64,000 bases of DNA, taken from contig CAXXKJ010000001.1 in assembly GCA_963675295.2 (NCBI GenBank), positions 32,043-96,042 on the forward strand, in the 5' to 3' direction. Made by a program: the position numbers and the translations under genes. Positions 42,543 to 51,666 of this stretch are shown here, piece after piece (the stretch's first letter is position 1; each line of letters opens with the position of its first letter). The DNA comes from a bacterium. Its GTDB lineage: Bacteria; Electryoneota; Electryoneia; Electryoneales; Electryoneaceae. Below the pieces are notes generated by a model, which made no database searches, was not told the DNA's origin, and worked only from the letters and a program-made list of their open reading frames with translations.

Positions 42543-44156
42543 CAGACTGCTGACAAAGTCCCCACGGGCTCTCGACCTGTGGGGATTTGTTTTGTATCTT
42601 TGTAGATGCTACCTACTTCCAAAGCTCATCAAAGCGCAGCGGAGCTTATTTACATTGACGATTTGGTCCCGGACGATCATCTTTTGCGGAAGATTGATGC
42701 GGCAATTGATTTTTCGTTTATCCGGGATCGTGTAAAGCATCTCTACAGCGCCGACAATGGCCGTCCGGCTGTTGACCCTGTCCTTCTGTTCAAGATGTTG
42801 TTCATCGGTTACCTGTACGGAATTCGGTCCGAGCGTCAGCTGGTGCGTGAGATCCAGGTCAATGTTGCCTATCGCTGGTTCCTCGGGCTGGATCTGCGTG
42901 ACAAGGTGCCGGACGCGTCCACGATCAGCCAGAATCGACGACGCCGTTTCCGTGAAAGCACCATCTTCCAGGAGATCTTCGACGAGATCGTGCTGCTGGC
43001 GATCCGTCGTGGCCTGGTCGATGGCCGGGTCTTGTTCACCGATTCGACGCACCTGAAAGCCAGCGCGAACAAGAAGAAGTTCAAGAAGCGGCAGGTGACA
43101 GTGGCGACGAAGTCGTATCTGTCCGATCTGGAAGAGGCGGTGGATGCGGATCGCCTGGCGCATGGCAAAAAGCCACTGAAGAAACGTGACAATGACGATT
43201 CATCACCGCCGGCGACAAAGGAAATCAAGGTCAGCACCACCGATCCGGACAGCGGCTTCATGGTGCGGGACGGCAAGCCGCAGGGCTTTTTCTACCTTGA
43301 CCACCGTACCGTAGACAACAAGGCCGGAATCATCACCGACACGCATGTCACCCCCGGCAATGTGCATGACAGCACCCCCTACCTTGAGCGCCTCGATGCG
43401 CAGATCTGCAAATTCCACTTCCCGGTGGAAAGGGTCGGTCACGACGCCGGCTACAATACCGCCGCCATCTGCAAGGGGCTGGAGGATCGAAAGATCGACG
43501 GCGTGATCGGCTCGGTACGTACGACACGCAAGAAGGGAATGCTGGCAAAACGACTGTTTGTGTACGATTCGCTGGGGGATGTCTACCACTGTCCCGGCGG
43601 CCAGACACTACCGTATCGCACGACGACACGTGAAGGCTACCAGGAATATGTTTCCGACCCGTCGCGCTGTGTCCTCTGTCCCCTGTTGCAGCAATGCACC
43701 GAAAGCGCCAATCACCGCAAGGTGGTCACCCGGCACGTGTGGCAGGCCAGCCGTGAAAAGATGATCGCGACCGCTCGGACAGAACGCGGACGGGCCACGT
43801 ACCGGCGACGACGGGAGACGGTCGAACGCAGCTTCGGCGAAGCCAAACAACTGTATGGCCATCGCTATGCCCGGCTGCGCTCGATAGCCGGAGCACGTGA
43901 ACAATGCCTGCTGTCCGCCGCCTGCCAGAACATGAAGAAGATCGCCATGACAATGGCGAAACACCCCTCTATCTCAAGACTATGGACCTATTTAGCCGGT
44001 CTTCTATCCCAGCGCACCACGCTCAACGGTCTCGATAGAAAAATCGAGCGAAGAACCAAACACAACCTGCCAACTATACCACAAATCCAACCAGTAGGAT
44101 GTGCCGTGTGAATACAAAACAAACCCCATCAAATGACGGGGTTTGTCAGCAGTCTG
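42543..44156 (+). mobile_element. intact IS1182-family insertion sequence
   Basis: Perfect 15-bp terminal inverted repeats CAGACTGCTGACAAA lie at 42543..42557 and on the complement of 44142..44156. There is one transposase ORF. The element is flanked by an exact 32-bp direct repeat (42511..42542 = 44157..44188). Confidence 0.88.
42606..44111 (+). CDS. IS1182-family (IS5-like) DDE transposase
   Basis: 501 aa. The N-terminal domain reads DDLVPDDHLLRKID...RPAVDPVLLFKMLFIGYLYGIRSERQL, with a DDE-type C-terminal region. Confidence 0.88.
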   Translation: MLPTSKAHQSAAELIYIDDLVPDDHLLRKIDAAIDFSFIRDRVKHLYSADNGRPAVDPVLLFKMLFIGYLYGIRSERQLVREIQVNVAYRWFLGLDLRDKVPDASTISQNRRRRFRESTIFQEIFDEIVLLAIRRGLVDGRVLFTDSTHLKASANKKKFKKRQVTVATKSYLSDLEEAVDADRLAHGKKPLKKRDNDDSSPPATKEIKVSTTDPDSGFMVRDGKPQGFFYLDHRTVDNKAGIITDTHVTPGNVHDSTPYLERLDAQICKFHFPVERVGHDAGYNTAAICKGLEDRKIDGVIGSVRTTRKKGMLAKRLFVYDSLGDVYHCPGGQTLPYRTTTREGYQEYVSDPSRCVLCPLLQQCTESANHRKVVTRHVWQASREKMIATARTERGRATYRRRRETVERSFGEAKQLYGHRYARLRSIAGAREQCLLSAACQNMKKIAMTMAKHPSISRLWTYLAGLLSQRTTLNGLDRKIERRTKHNLPTIPQIQPVGCAV

Positions 44157-44188
44157 CCGGGGACACTTTGTCCCCAAAGTGTCCCCGA
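44157..44188 (+). repeat. REP-A hairpin (right copy of the IS target duplication)
   Basis: It is identical over 32 bp to 42511..42542. Confidence 0.85.
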
Positions 44189-44203
44189 GTTGAGTCCCCT
44201 GGT

Positions 44204-44294
44204 GTCATCCTGAACGCAGTGAAGGATCTCCAGCTTAGCAAACCCTTTCCACAGTTGGAGATTCTTCACTTCTCTTCGTTCCGTTCAGAATGAC
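44204..44294. repeat. MITE-like palindromic element, copy 2
   Basis: GTCATCCTGAACGCAGTGAAGGATCTCCAGC ... GTTGGAGATTCTTCACTTCTCTTCGTTCCGTTCAGAATGAC. The two arms are imperfect inverted repeats. Confidence 0.7.
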
Positions 44295-44313
44295 ACACCT
44301 GCGTCATCCATCT

Positions 44314-44367
44314 TTCACCGTTCACCGTTCACCGTTCACCGTCTACCGATTATTGATTACCGATCAC
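44314..44367 (-). repeat. post-stop heptamer microsatellite
   Basis: On the plus strand, TTCACCG occurs four times and is followed by four degenerate units. On the minus strand these read as GGTGAAC-type units and begin immediately after the stop of the gene at 44368..45873. Confidence 0.75.
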
Positions 44368-45873
44368 CTACTGCCCCTCAAACTCCTTCTTCAGGTCGTC
44401 GACCCACCAGTTGAGCCGTTCACGGATGCCCAGCTTGACGCCGTCCTCACGGAAGCGGATGTGCCCGTTCGGGTCGAGCACCAATGTCGCCGGGATCATC
44501 GCCAGTTTGAACAGTTTCTTCGTGCGATCGTCACCGAACAGCAGGTGCGCCTTGTAGCGCCGGATGTCGATGAACTTGCGCGCCTGTTGCCGGTTTTCGT
44601 TGGCGACATTGACCATGTACACGCGCACTTTCCTGCCCGCGTCGTGACGGGTGAACTCGCTCAGCTCCGGGATGCCGGTCCGGCACGGCTGGCAGCCACT
44701 TGACCAGAACTCGAGAATCACAATCCGGCCCGCCAGATCGGGCAGACGAACGATATTGTCGAATTCGTCCGGTAGCTCGAACTCCGGCGCGGGGGTGTCC
44801 ATCTTGCCCGCCAACGCCTCCGTCTTGCGTTTCTCATAGCCCGCGAGGTAGTTGCGGCTCAGTTTCTTGCGGATCTGTTCCCAGCGTGGATCGGCACGCA
44901 GGCGCAGCAAACACGGATGCAATTCCGCACGATCCAGGTTGTCGAACCCGAGACGGATCGCTTCGCGCAGCGATTCGAACGCCTCATCCACCCGACCGAG
45001 CAACGCGAGGAAGCGGGCACGGTCGAAATACACCCCGGGCAGGTATTCCTCCGGGACGCTCGATTTCCACTCGTCCATCACGTTCAGCGCGTTTTCGAAC
45101 GCAAACCCACGCCGGTAGAGGAAAACGAGGTACTCCATGATCGCCAGCTCACGTTGACGTGAGCTGAGCTGCCCCTGCGAAATCCGCCAGTGCACCACCT
45201 CGGCCGCATACCGCCGCACCGCGCTCAGCTTGCCCTCGTTGGCCTTGACCAGCATCGGGGCGTCATTTTCGAGCGCCCAGTCCTGACGCATCTTCCGCGC
45301 CTTCTTGATCACCGCGCGTGCCTGCTTCGGCTGCTGCGTGTAGAGGTAGTAGTCGAACACGTAGCCGAGCAGCGCACCGTGATCCGGGGTGCCCTCAAGA
45401 ACACGTTCGAACAACGCCGCGTCTTGCTCGAGTTCCTGCAACAATTGCTGCTGCACTTCGTGCCGACACTCGAGACGGAACAGGCAGAGGCCGTAGATGT
45501 TCATCAGCAGCCGGTAGCCGTACACCCAGTCCGGCGCGAGTTCGATGGTCCGGCGGGCGTGAAAGACAGCATCCTTCTGCGACTTGACCAGACGGCCGAA
45601 GAGGTAGTTGTGCAACGCAGAGTCGGGATTCTGCTCGAGACGGATGCGGAAAAACTCCCGCGCGCCGGCCGGGTCGATTGCCTCCCAGTCATTCTGCACC
45701 GCGCGGGTTTGTTCGATGCTGTCGATGTCGTCCGCGCTGAGATCGCACATGTCCCGGAACAACGCGATCTTGTTGTCGCGATCTTCCGGCAGATCGTTGG
45801 TCTCCTCGCTGTAGGCAGGAAACCCCGGCCGCTCTTCGGGAGAAACCGGGGTCGATTCAGTCGTATCAAACAC
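44368..45873 (-). CDS. TPR-like N-terminal region fused to a TlpA/thioredoxin-fold domain (CxxC)
   Basis: The C-terminal ~150 aa contain ILEFWSSGCQPCRTGIPEL, a redox-active CxxC in the thioredoxin-fold context. No signal peptide is visible. It starts 11 nt after hybB. Confidence 0.7.
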   Translation of the reverse strand: MFDTTESTPVSPEERPGFPAYSEETNDLPEDRDNKIALFRDMCDLSADDIDSIEQTRAVQNDWEAIDPAGAREFFRIRLEQNPDSALHNYLFGRLVKSQKDAVFHARRTIELAPDWVYGYRLLMNIYGLCLFRLECRHEVQQQLLQELEQDAALFERVLEGTPDHGALLGYVFDYYLYTQQPKQARAVIKKARKMRQDWALENDAPMLVKANEGKLSAVRRYAAEVVHWRISQGQLSSRQRELAIMEYLVFLYRRGFAFENALNVMDEWKSSVPEEYLPGVYFDRARFLALLGRVDEAFESLREAIRLGFDNLDRAELHPCLLRLRADPRWEQIRKKLSRNYLAGYEKRKTEALAGKMDTPAPEFELPDEFDNIVRLPDLAGRIVILEFWSSGCQPCRTGIPELSEFTRHDAGRKVRVYMVNVANENRQQARKFIDIRRYKAHLLFGDDRTKKLFKLAMIPATLVLDPNGHIRFREDGVKLGIRERLNWWVDDLKKEFEGQ

Positions 45874-45884
45874 AGATGGCCTCG

Positions 45885-47147
45885 TCAGCTCTTCGCGGTC
45901 GCCGCCGGTTCCTGACGGTCAAGCACCGGGAAGTAATTGGCAAATAGCTTGTACCCGACCACAATTATCGCCACCATCATCGCTGAGATGAGGAACTCCC
46001 AGATCGTCGGGAAGTAACTCCAGCCGTTCGGTGGCGAGTACGCGAACATGAACACGTTCGCGCGGTTGAAGATCAGCCCGGCGATCACCAGCCACGATGT
46101 CCACATTAGGTACCTCGGATTTCGCCGAATCCATGGCACCGACAGCAACAGCGCCGGAATCATCCCGACCACGAGAAGTTCGCCAAACCACAACGCGCCG
46201 TACCACGACTCAAACAGCAGGTGGAACTTGTCGTAGAAGACGAGGTCGAAGAACTTCATCGTCACGTAAAAGCCTAGGAACAGGATTGACCGCCGCGCCA
46301 GACCGGCGAGCAACGGCATTTCCGGTTCACGGCCAAAGGTGCGTGCCGACAGAATGCTCTCGACAATCACCACATGCCAGCCGACCGCCACCGAGGAAAA
46401 CAGGAAGAATGCCGGCAGCCATGGCGTGAACCACAACGCGTGCAGCCGGTGCGGCGCGATCAGCATCGTTGCGCCGAGGGATGACTGGTGCAGCGTCGAG
46501 ACCACGATCCCGGCGAGGATGAAGACGATCATCACCTTGTCCAGCCACGGCCGGATCTTCATCGAGAATCGTGCCAGCCCGCCCTTTCCGTCCTGGATCC
46601 ATCGGTCGGTCAACGTCGGCAGGTATTCGATGATGAGGATCGTGAGATAGGCCATCACGCAGATCGAGACCTCGAACAACGCCGACCCGCCATTCCAGTT
46701 GTCCGGCAGGATCGGGTTGTACAATTGCCACCAGCGGCCAACGTCGACAAACACACCGAACGCCGCCATCGCATAGCCAAGCAGCGCGGTGGTGATTGCG
46801 GGACGGATCAACGGGCTGAACTGGCCCTGATTGAAGACATACACCAGCGCCGCCGTCGTGTACCCACCCGAGGCCAACGCGATCCCGATCACCACGTCGA
46901 ACGTGATCCACAGGCCCCATGGGTACCCGTCCGAAAGGTTCGTCACCGCGCCCAATCCGAAGATCAGCCGGATCATCACGAGCACAAAACCGGCGATGAT
47001 AATCGCCACACCGGCGGTAAAGCCCGGGGTCCAGAGTGGTTTCCGCATCGGTGCGCGCGGGTACCGCTCCATTACGTTTTCGTATTCCTCGACCTCAGCC
47101 TTGGTTGGCAGGTGAGGACGGGGGAGACGGTAGTTCTGTTCCGTCAT
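45885..47147 (-). CDS. hybB: NrfD/HybB-family integral membrane subunit (quinone-interacting)
   Basis: 420 aa with ~10 TM helices, directly downstream of a HybA-type ferredoxin. Confidence 0.8.
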   Translation of the reverse strand: MTEQNYRLPRPHLPTKAEVEEYENVMERYPRAPMRKPLWTPGFTAGVAIIIAGFVLVMIRLIFGLGAVTNLSDGYPWGLWITFDVVIGIALASGGYTTAALVYVFNQGQFSPLIRPAITTALLGYAMAAFGVFVDVGRWWQLYNPILPDNWNGGSALFEVSICVMAYLTILIIEYLPTLTDRWIQDGKGGLARFSMKIRPWLDKVMIVFILAGIVVSTLHQSSLGATMLIAPHRLHALWFTPWLPAFFLFSSVAVGWHVVIVESILSARTFGREPEMPLLAGLARRSILFLGFYVTMKFFDLVFYDKFHLLFESWYGALWFGELLVVGMIPALLLSVPWIRRNPRYLMWTSWLVIAGLIFNRANVFMFAYSPPNGWSYFPTIWEFLISAMMVAIIVVGYKLFANYFPVLDRQEPAATAKS

Positions 47148-47150
47148 GGC

Positions 47151-48047
47151 TCACTCCTCGATGCAACCCTGGTCATCGGGATCACACTTCAACATCGCGC
47201 CACGGGTCACCGCCAGCATGCCGAACAACGCCAGCGGCGTCACCCAGTACTTGAAAATGCCGTGCTGGATGCTTTGCGGCAGCGCGGGGATCGGCGTCGC
47301 ATCATATTCCTTGAAGCCGATCTTGTCGAACGGGACGCCGCTGATATACACCACGGCCGTTCCGCCGACTTCATGCTCACCGTAGACGTGGTCGATGTAC
47401 TTCTCCGGGTCGGCCTTGATGCGGCGGTAGGCTTCCGCGACCATGTCCTTGCGCTTGCCGGTCTTGATCGCGTTGCGCGGGCAGACATCTGAACACACCG
47501 TATTTTTGCCCTGCACCACCAGGTCGACACACATGTCGCACTTCTGGATCTTCGGTGTCGCCGAGGAATACTCGAAGGTCGGCACATCAAACGGACACGC
47601 GACCATGCAATAGCGGCAACCGATGCACTTGTCCGGGTTGTACGTTACAGGCCCGTCCTCGCGCTTGATTAACGCGCTGACCGGACATGCCGCCGCGCAC
47701 GCCGGATCGTTGCAGTGCATGCACTGCCGTTTGACGTACTGATGGTGATCTTCAGCGTCGCCCGGGAAAAGCTGCACCACGGTGTAGTTTTCCGCGTTCA
47801 GGTCGCGCGGGTTGTCGTAGATCGGGGAATCACCAGCCGACTTGAATCCCATCCGCTGCTTGCAGACATATTGGCAGGTTTTGCAGCCGGTGCAGGAGGC
47901 TTCATCGTTGAGCATTCCCCACTGCTCATCAATCATCGACCCCGCCTCGCCACCGCCCACGGACGCCAGCAGCTCGGGCGCGAACGCGCTCGACCCGATC
48001 AACGCTCCGGTGAGCTTGAGGAAGGATCTGCGGTTGTCTTCCATCAC
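47151..48047 (-). CDS. hybA: Tat-exported 4x[4Fe-4S] ferredoxin subunit (HybA-like)
   Basis: Tat motif RRSFLKLTG. Four Cys clusters (CTGCKTCQYVC, CMHCNDPACAAACP, CIGCRYCMVACP, CDMCVD...CSDVCP). C-terminal TM helix. Confidence 0.88.
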   Translation of the reverse strand: MMEDNRRSFLKLTGALIGSSAFAPELLASVGGGEAGSMIDEQWGMLNDEASCTGCKTCQYVCKQRMGFKSAGDSPIYDNPRDLNAENYTVVQLFPGDAEDHHQYVKRQCMHCNDPACAAACPVSALIKREDGPVTYNPDKCIGCRYCMVACPFDVPTFEYSSATPKIQKCDMCVDLVVQGKNTVCSDVCPRNAIKTGKRKDMVAEAYRRIKADPEKYIDHVYGEHEVGGTAVVYISGVPFDKIGFKEYDATPIPALPQSIQHGIFKYWVTPLALFGMLAVTRGAMLKCDPDDQGCIEE

Positions 48048-49177
48048 CCCTCCTTCGGCTCTGCGTCAGCCGCTTCCGCCTTCTTCTTCGCACGCGAACT
48101 GGCGATTCCGACACCGATCGCCGCGCCGGCAAAACCACCGACGATACCCGTCGTGAGCGGATCAACACCGCCGCCCTTCTGGCCATCAACCAATGGATAC
48201 GCGTCCGGTGCGGTCTGCTCGTGGATGTGGACCACTTCGTACATGTCCATCTTGTACGGGAAGCTCGGTTCGACACAGCCAATACACGGACTGCCCGACC
48301 CGATGCACCAGTTCACCCCGCTGTTCCAACGACGGCGTGGGCAGTCGGCATGCGTCACCGGACCCTTGCAGCCCAGCTTGTAGAGGCACGCCTTGTCGCC
48401 GAAATTCTGTGCGAACTGACCCTTGTCGAAGTTGCCGCGGAACTCGCAGTTGTCGTGCATCAGCTTGCCGTAGAACGCCAGCGGACGGCCATGCTCATCC
48501 ACCTTCAGCATGTCCAGACCGCCGAGCAGCACCGTCGCCACCGTGCCGACAAACCAGTCCGGATGCGGCGGGCAACCGGGAACGTTCACGTACGGCGTGC
48601 TCATCCCCGCAGCCTTCATGTACTCGCCCACCGGCTGAATGCCAGTCGGATTCGGCGGAGCGGCGGGGATGCCGCCAAACGACGAACACGTCCCCATGTT
48701 GATCACCGCCATCGCCTTCGGGGCCAGCGCGTCAAAATGCTGTTTCAACGGAATGCCGTGCCCGTTGTGTTCGCCGACCTCGCAGTAAACGCCGTCGTCC
48801 TTTGTGGACAACGCACCCTCCATCACGAGCACGAACGAGCCGGGTTCGGCCTCCTTGTACTTGTCCAGCACGTCGATCACCTGCTGACCCTGCCCGGCCA
48901 TAACCGTGGCGTGGAACTGCAGGCTGACGTGCGCGCCCGGCAACACCTCACCGAGCAGCAAATCCTGTATCGTCGGGCTCAGGCTGTTCAGCAGCGACAC
49001 GGAGCAACCGGTACACGATCCCGCCGGCAGCCACAGCACGGGCAAATCCTTCACGGCCTGGGCGAACAGCTGGTTGAAGCCGGGAAGCCCGAGCACACTC
49101 ATGCCCGCTATCCCCGCGCTGCTCGTGCCTACCAGGTTCAGGAATGACCGGCGCGTGATTTCTTTTCTTTCGCCCAC
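48044..49177 (-). CDS. hybO: [NiFe] hydrogenase small subunit, group 1 (Tat signal, C-terminal anchor)
   Basis: Tat motif RRSFLNLVG. The proximal-cluster motif CTGCSVS is the standard type, not the six-Cys O2-tolerant type. The C-terminal hydrophobic anchor is GGFAGAAIGVGIA. Confidence 0.92.
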   Translation of the reverse strand: MGERKEITRRSFLNLVGTSSAGIAGMSVLGLPGFNQLFAQAVKDLPVLWLPAGSCTGCSVSLLNSLSPTIQDLLLGEVLPGAHVSLQFHATVMAGQGQQVIDVLDKYKEAEPGSFVLVMEGALSTKDDGVYCEVGEHNGHGIPLKQHFDALAPKAMAVINMGTCSSFGGIPAAPPNPTGIQPVGEYMKAAGMSTPYVNVPGCPPHPDWFVGTVATVLLGGLDMLKVDEHGRPLAFYGKLMHDNCEFRGNFDKGQFAQNFGDKACLYKLGCKGPVTHADCPRRRWNSGVNWCIGSGSPCIGCVEPSFPYKMDMYEVVHIHEQTAPDAYPLVDGQKGGGVDPLTTGIVGGFAGAAIGVGIASSRAKKKAEAADAEPKEG

Positions 49178-49192
49178 TGCATCCTCCTGGTT

Positions 49193-49708
49193 CTATGTCC
49201 TTGCAATTGCTTGTTCAGTCAACGCGGCCAGGGCGTCGTCAATCTCCGCCCGGACCAGCTCCAGCACTCGTGGCACCACACGCGCCACCGGTACGCTCAG
49301 CTCGTCGCCCCAGTCGATCACTCCCGGCTGGATGCCGAAAATCACCGCGCGCTCCGGCGCGTTCCCCTGCAGCGTCGTCATGTGCAACGTTTCCATCAGA
49401 CCCAGCTGATGAATCGAGTCGTAGCCGGTGAAATCCGGCGGGACATCATCCGGGGTGAAACGGAACAGGGTGCCCGGCTCACGGTTCGCGTCGACGGCAT
49501 CGATCACGATCACCGCCTTGCGGTCCGCCAGCACCGGCAGCAGGTCATAGCCTGCCGTGCCGCCGTCAAACAGCTCGACCTCCGCCGGGAATGCCTCCTG
49601 CATCAGCTGCTGGATGGCGTGCACCCCCACACCGTCATCCCGCTGAATCAGGTTGCCCACGCCGAGCACCAGAACCGGCGCCACACTCTGTCGTTCACCC
49701 GAATCCAT
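49193..49708 (-). CDS. hybD: hydrogenase maturation endopeptidase (HyaD/HybD family)
   Basis: GVGNLIQRDDGVG motif. The ATG at 49708 shares one base with the large-subunit stop (TGATG). Confidence 0.9.
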   Translation of the reverse strand: MDSGERQSVAPVLVLGVGNLIQRDDGVGVHAIQQLMQEAFPAEVELFDGGTAGYDLLPVLADRKAVIVIDAVDANREPGTLFRFTPDDVPPDFTGYDSIHQLGLMETLHMTTLQGNAPERAVIFGIQPGVIDWGDELSVPVARVVPRVLELVRAEIDDALAALTEQAIART

Positions 49709-51267
49709 CAGCTCACCACGAACTTGCCGAGATCGTTCTTTTTTCCATCCACGACATGAATCGCGCAGGCGAGGCACGGGTCGAACGAACGCACGATGCG
49801 AACCAGTTCGAATGGATTCTTCGCGTCCTTGATCCGTGTGCCTTCCATCGCCTGTTCGAACGGACCGGGCTGGCCCTTGTCGTCACGCGGGCCGCCATTC
49901 CACGTTGTCGGCACCACCGCCTGATAGTTCGCGATCTTCTTGCCCTTGACCGACACCCAGTGGCCCAACGCACCGCGCGGAGCGTCCGTGATGCCCATCC
50001 CTTCGCCTTCATCCGGGATGTCGTAGACCGCGCAGGACGGTTCCCCCGGCTTCAGCTCGAGCAACCAGTCCGCCATCGCGTCCGCCACGATCTTGCATTC
50101 GATCGCCCGCGCCGCGTGACGGCCGAGCGTCGATTGCAACGCGCCCGGGCCGGCGTTGAAATGGCCGAGCGTGTCGTTGACCAGCGAGACCGTCGGTTCG
50201 ACACCCTGCACGTACGCGTTCAACTGACGGGACAACGGGCCGACTTCGTAGACGTCGCCGTCGTACCGCGGCGATTTGAGCCACGAGTACGCGCCGTTCT
50301 TGCCCGGCGCGGCAACCGTTTCGCCCTTGCTCGGATGCAGGTGGGACTCGGAGGAGTACCAGGAATGGCGCACGTCCTCCGTGATCTTCGAGGGATCCAA
50401 CTGCTTCGGCTTGAGGTTCTTGATGTTCACCCGGCCGCCGGGTAGCATCCGCTTGCGCTTCGTCAGGTCGGGCTCGTTGTCCAGCTCGAAGACGCCGTAC
50501 GCCATGAAGTTGTCCGTGCCCCCGCCGATGCCGAAGTAATCGCTGTACACCTCCGCCACCGCGATCACATCCGCCAGGTACACGTTGTCGATGAAATAGC
50601 GCAGCTTCTCGAGCCGCCAACGGAAGTCGGCGATCTTGTCCACCGACACCTGTTCGGTGCACCCCCCCGGCACGATGGACATGTTGTGCGGCATGTGACC
50701 ACCGAAAATCGCCAGCATCTCCTGCGACACACGGCGCATATCCAGCGCCTGCACATAATGCTTCGTCGCCTCGATGTTGACCGCCTTCGGCAGACGGTAA
50801 TCCCCCTCATACCGCGGAACAAACGGTCCCAGCGATCCGCGGCCAATAAAGTCCGCGACCTGGTTCAGGTGCGGATCGTTGCCGCGATAGCCCGCTACCG
50901 CCGTCACGTCGACATAGTCCAACGCCGTCAGGTGGTAGAAATGCAGGATGTGGGATTGGATGAAGTTGGAGCCGAAGATCAGGTTGCGCAGCACACGGCC
51001 GTTGTGTGGGATCTGGTCGGCAATACCGAACGCCGAGTCCAGATTCAACGTTGATGCCGTGGAATGCGCGGATGGGCAGACACCACAGATCCGCTGGGTG
51101 ATGCGCTGGGCGTCCAACGGATTCCGGCCCTGCAGGACCTGTTCGATGCCACGCCAAAGAGTGCCGGAACTGCGCGCCTCCTTGACCACGCCTCCATCAA
51201 CAACCGCCTCGATCTTCAGGTGACCCTCAATCCGGGTCACGGGATCGATGACAATCGTAGTCGCCAT
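49708..51267 (-). CDS. hybC: [NiFe] hydrogenase large subunit, group 1
   Basis: ATG 51267 gives MATTIVIDPVTRIEGH. The N-terminal motif is RICGVCPSAH and the C-terminal motif is DPCLACAIH, followed by a 15-aa cleavable extension. Confidence 0.93.
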   Translation of the reverse strand: MATTIVIDPVTRIEGHLKIEAVVDGGVVKEARSSGTLWRGIEQVLQGRNPLDAQRITQRICGVCPSAHSTASTLNLDSAFGIADQIPHNGRVLRNLIFGSNFIQSHILHFYHLTALDYVDVTAVAGYRGNDPHLNQVADFIGRGSLGPFVPRYEGDYRLPKAVNIEATKHYVQALDMRRVSQEMLAIFGGHMPHNMSIVPGGCTEQVSVDKIADFRWRLEKLRYFIDNVYLADVIAVAEVYSDYFGIGGGTDNFMAYGVFELDNEPDLTKRKRMLPGGRVNIKNLKPKQLDPSKITEDVRHSWYSSESHLHPSKGETVAAPGKNGAYSWLKSPRYDGDVYEVGPLSRQLNAYVQGVEPTVSLVNDTLGHFNAGPGALQSTLGRHAARAIECKIVADAMADWLLELKPGEPSCAVYDIPDEGEGMGITDAPRGALGHWVSVKGKKIANYQAVVPTTWNGGPRDDKGQPGPFEQAMEGTRIKDAKNPFELVRIVRSFDPCLACAIHVVDGKKNDLGKFVVS

Positions 51268-51415
51268 AATTCGTACCCCGAGCAGATGAATGGTGTGTAA
51301 AAGAACCGCAGCCCGGAAAACCCAAAAAGACCCAACCGGGCCGGAACCGTGACGAATGCACACTCAATCTGTGGGATACGCCGATTTTCCGCAAGCAATC
51401 ACAAGTAGTTAACCG

Positions 51416-51442
51416 GTATTACTGTTTTTCAATCAGTATTAC
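51416..51442. promoter_or_regulatory. direct repeat GTATTAC-N13-GTATTAC in the hydrogenase/Rieske divergent promoter region
   Basis: It has the same TATTAC hexamer and the same 13-nt spacing as the inverted repeat upstream of nikR. Confidence 0.3.
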
Positions 51443-51666
51443 AGTTGTATTTCTAAGTCCAGACCTTTTTCAACCACGACAAGGCCTCGCTCTTGTGCAC
51501 AATCCCACATAATAGTGTTAGGAGAGGTAAATTCTACTCCAAACTTTGTGAACCCATTCCCGTGACTGCGCATTTTCCGTTCACAACCTGTTGTTTCGAT
51601 TACGGCTTATTCACAAATTTGCCGAATGGGAAATCGCAAAACGCTGAGTTTCGGAGGGGACAGGCC

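Noticed and set aside
51268-51500. Sigma54 (-24 GG / -12 GC) promoter or NtrC-type enhancer for the hydrogenase operon
   Set aside because: Reading the minus strand, I found no TGGCAC-N5-TTGC-like element. Only the GTATTAC direct repeat is notable, and it is reported separately.
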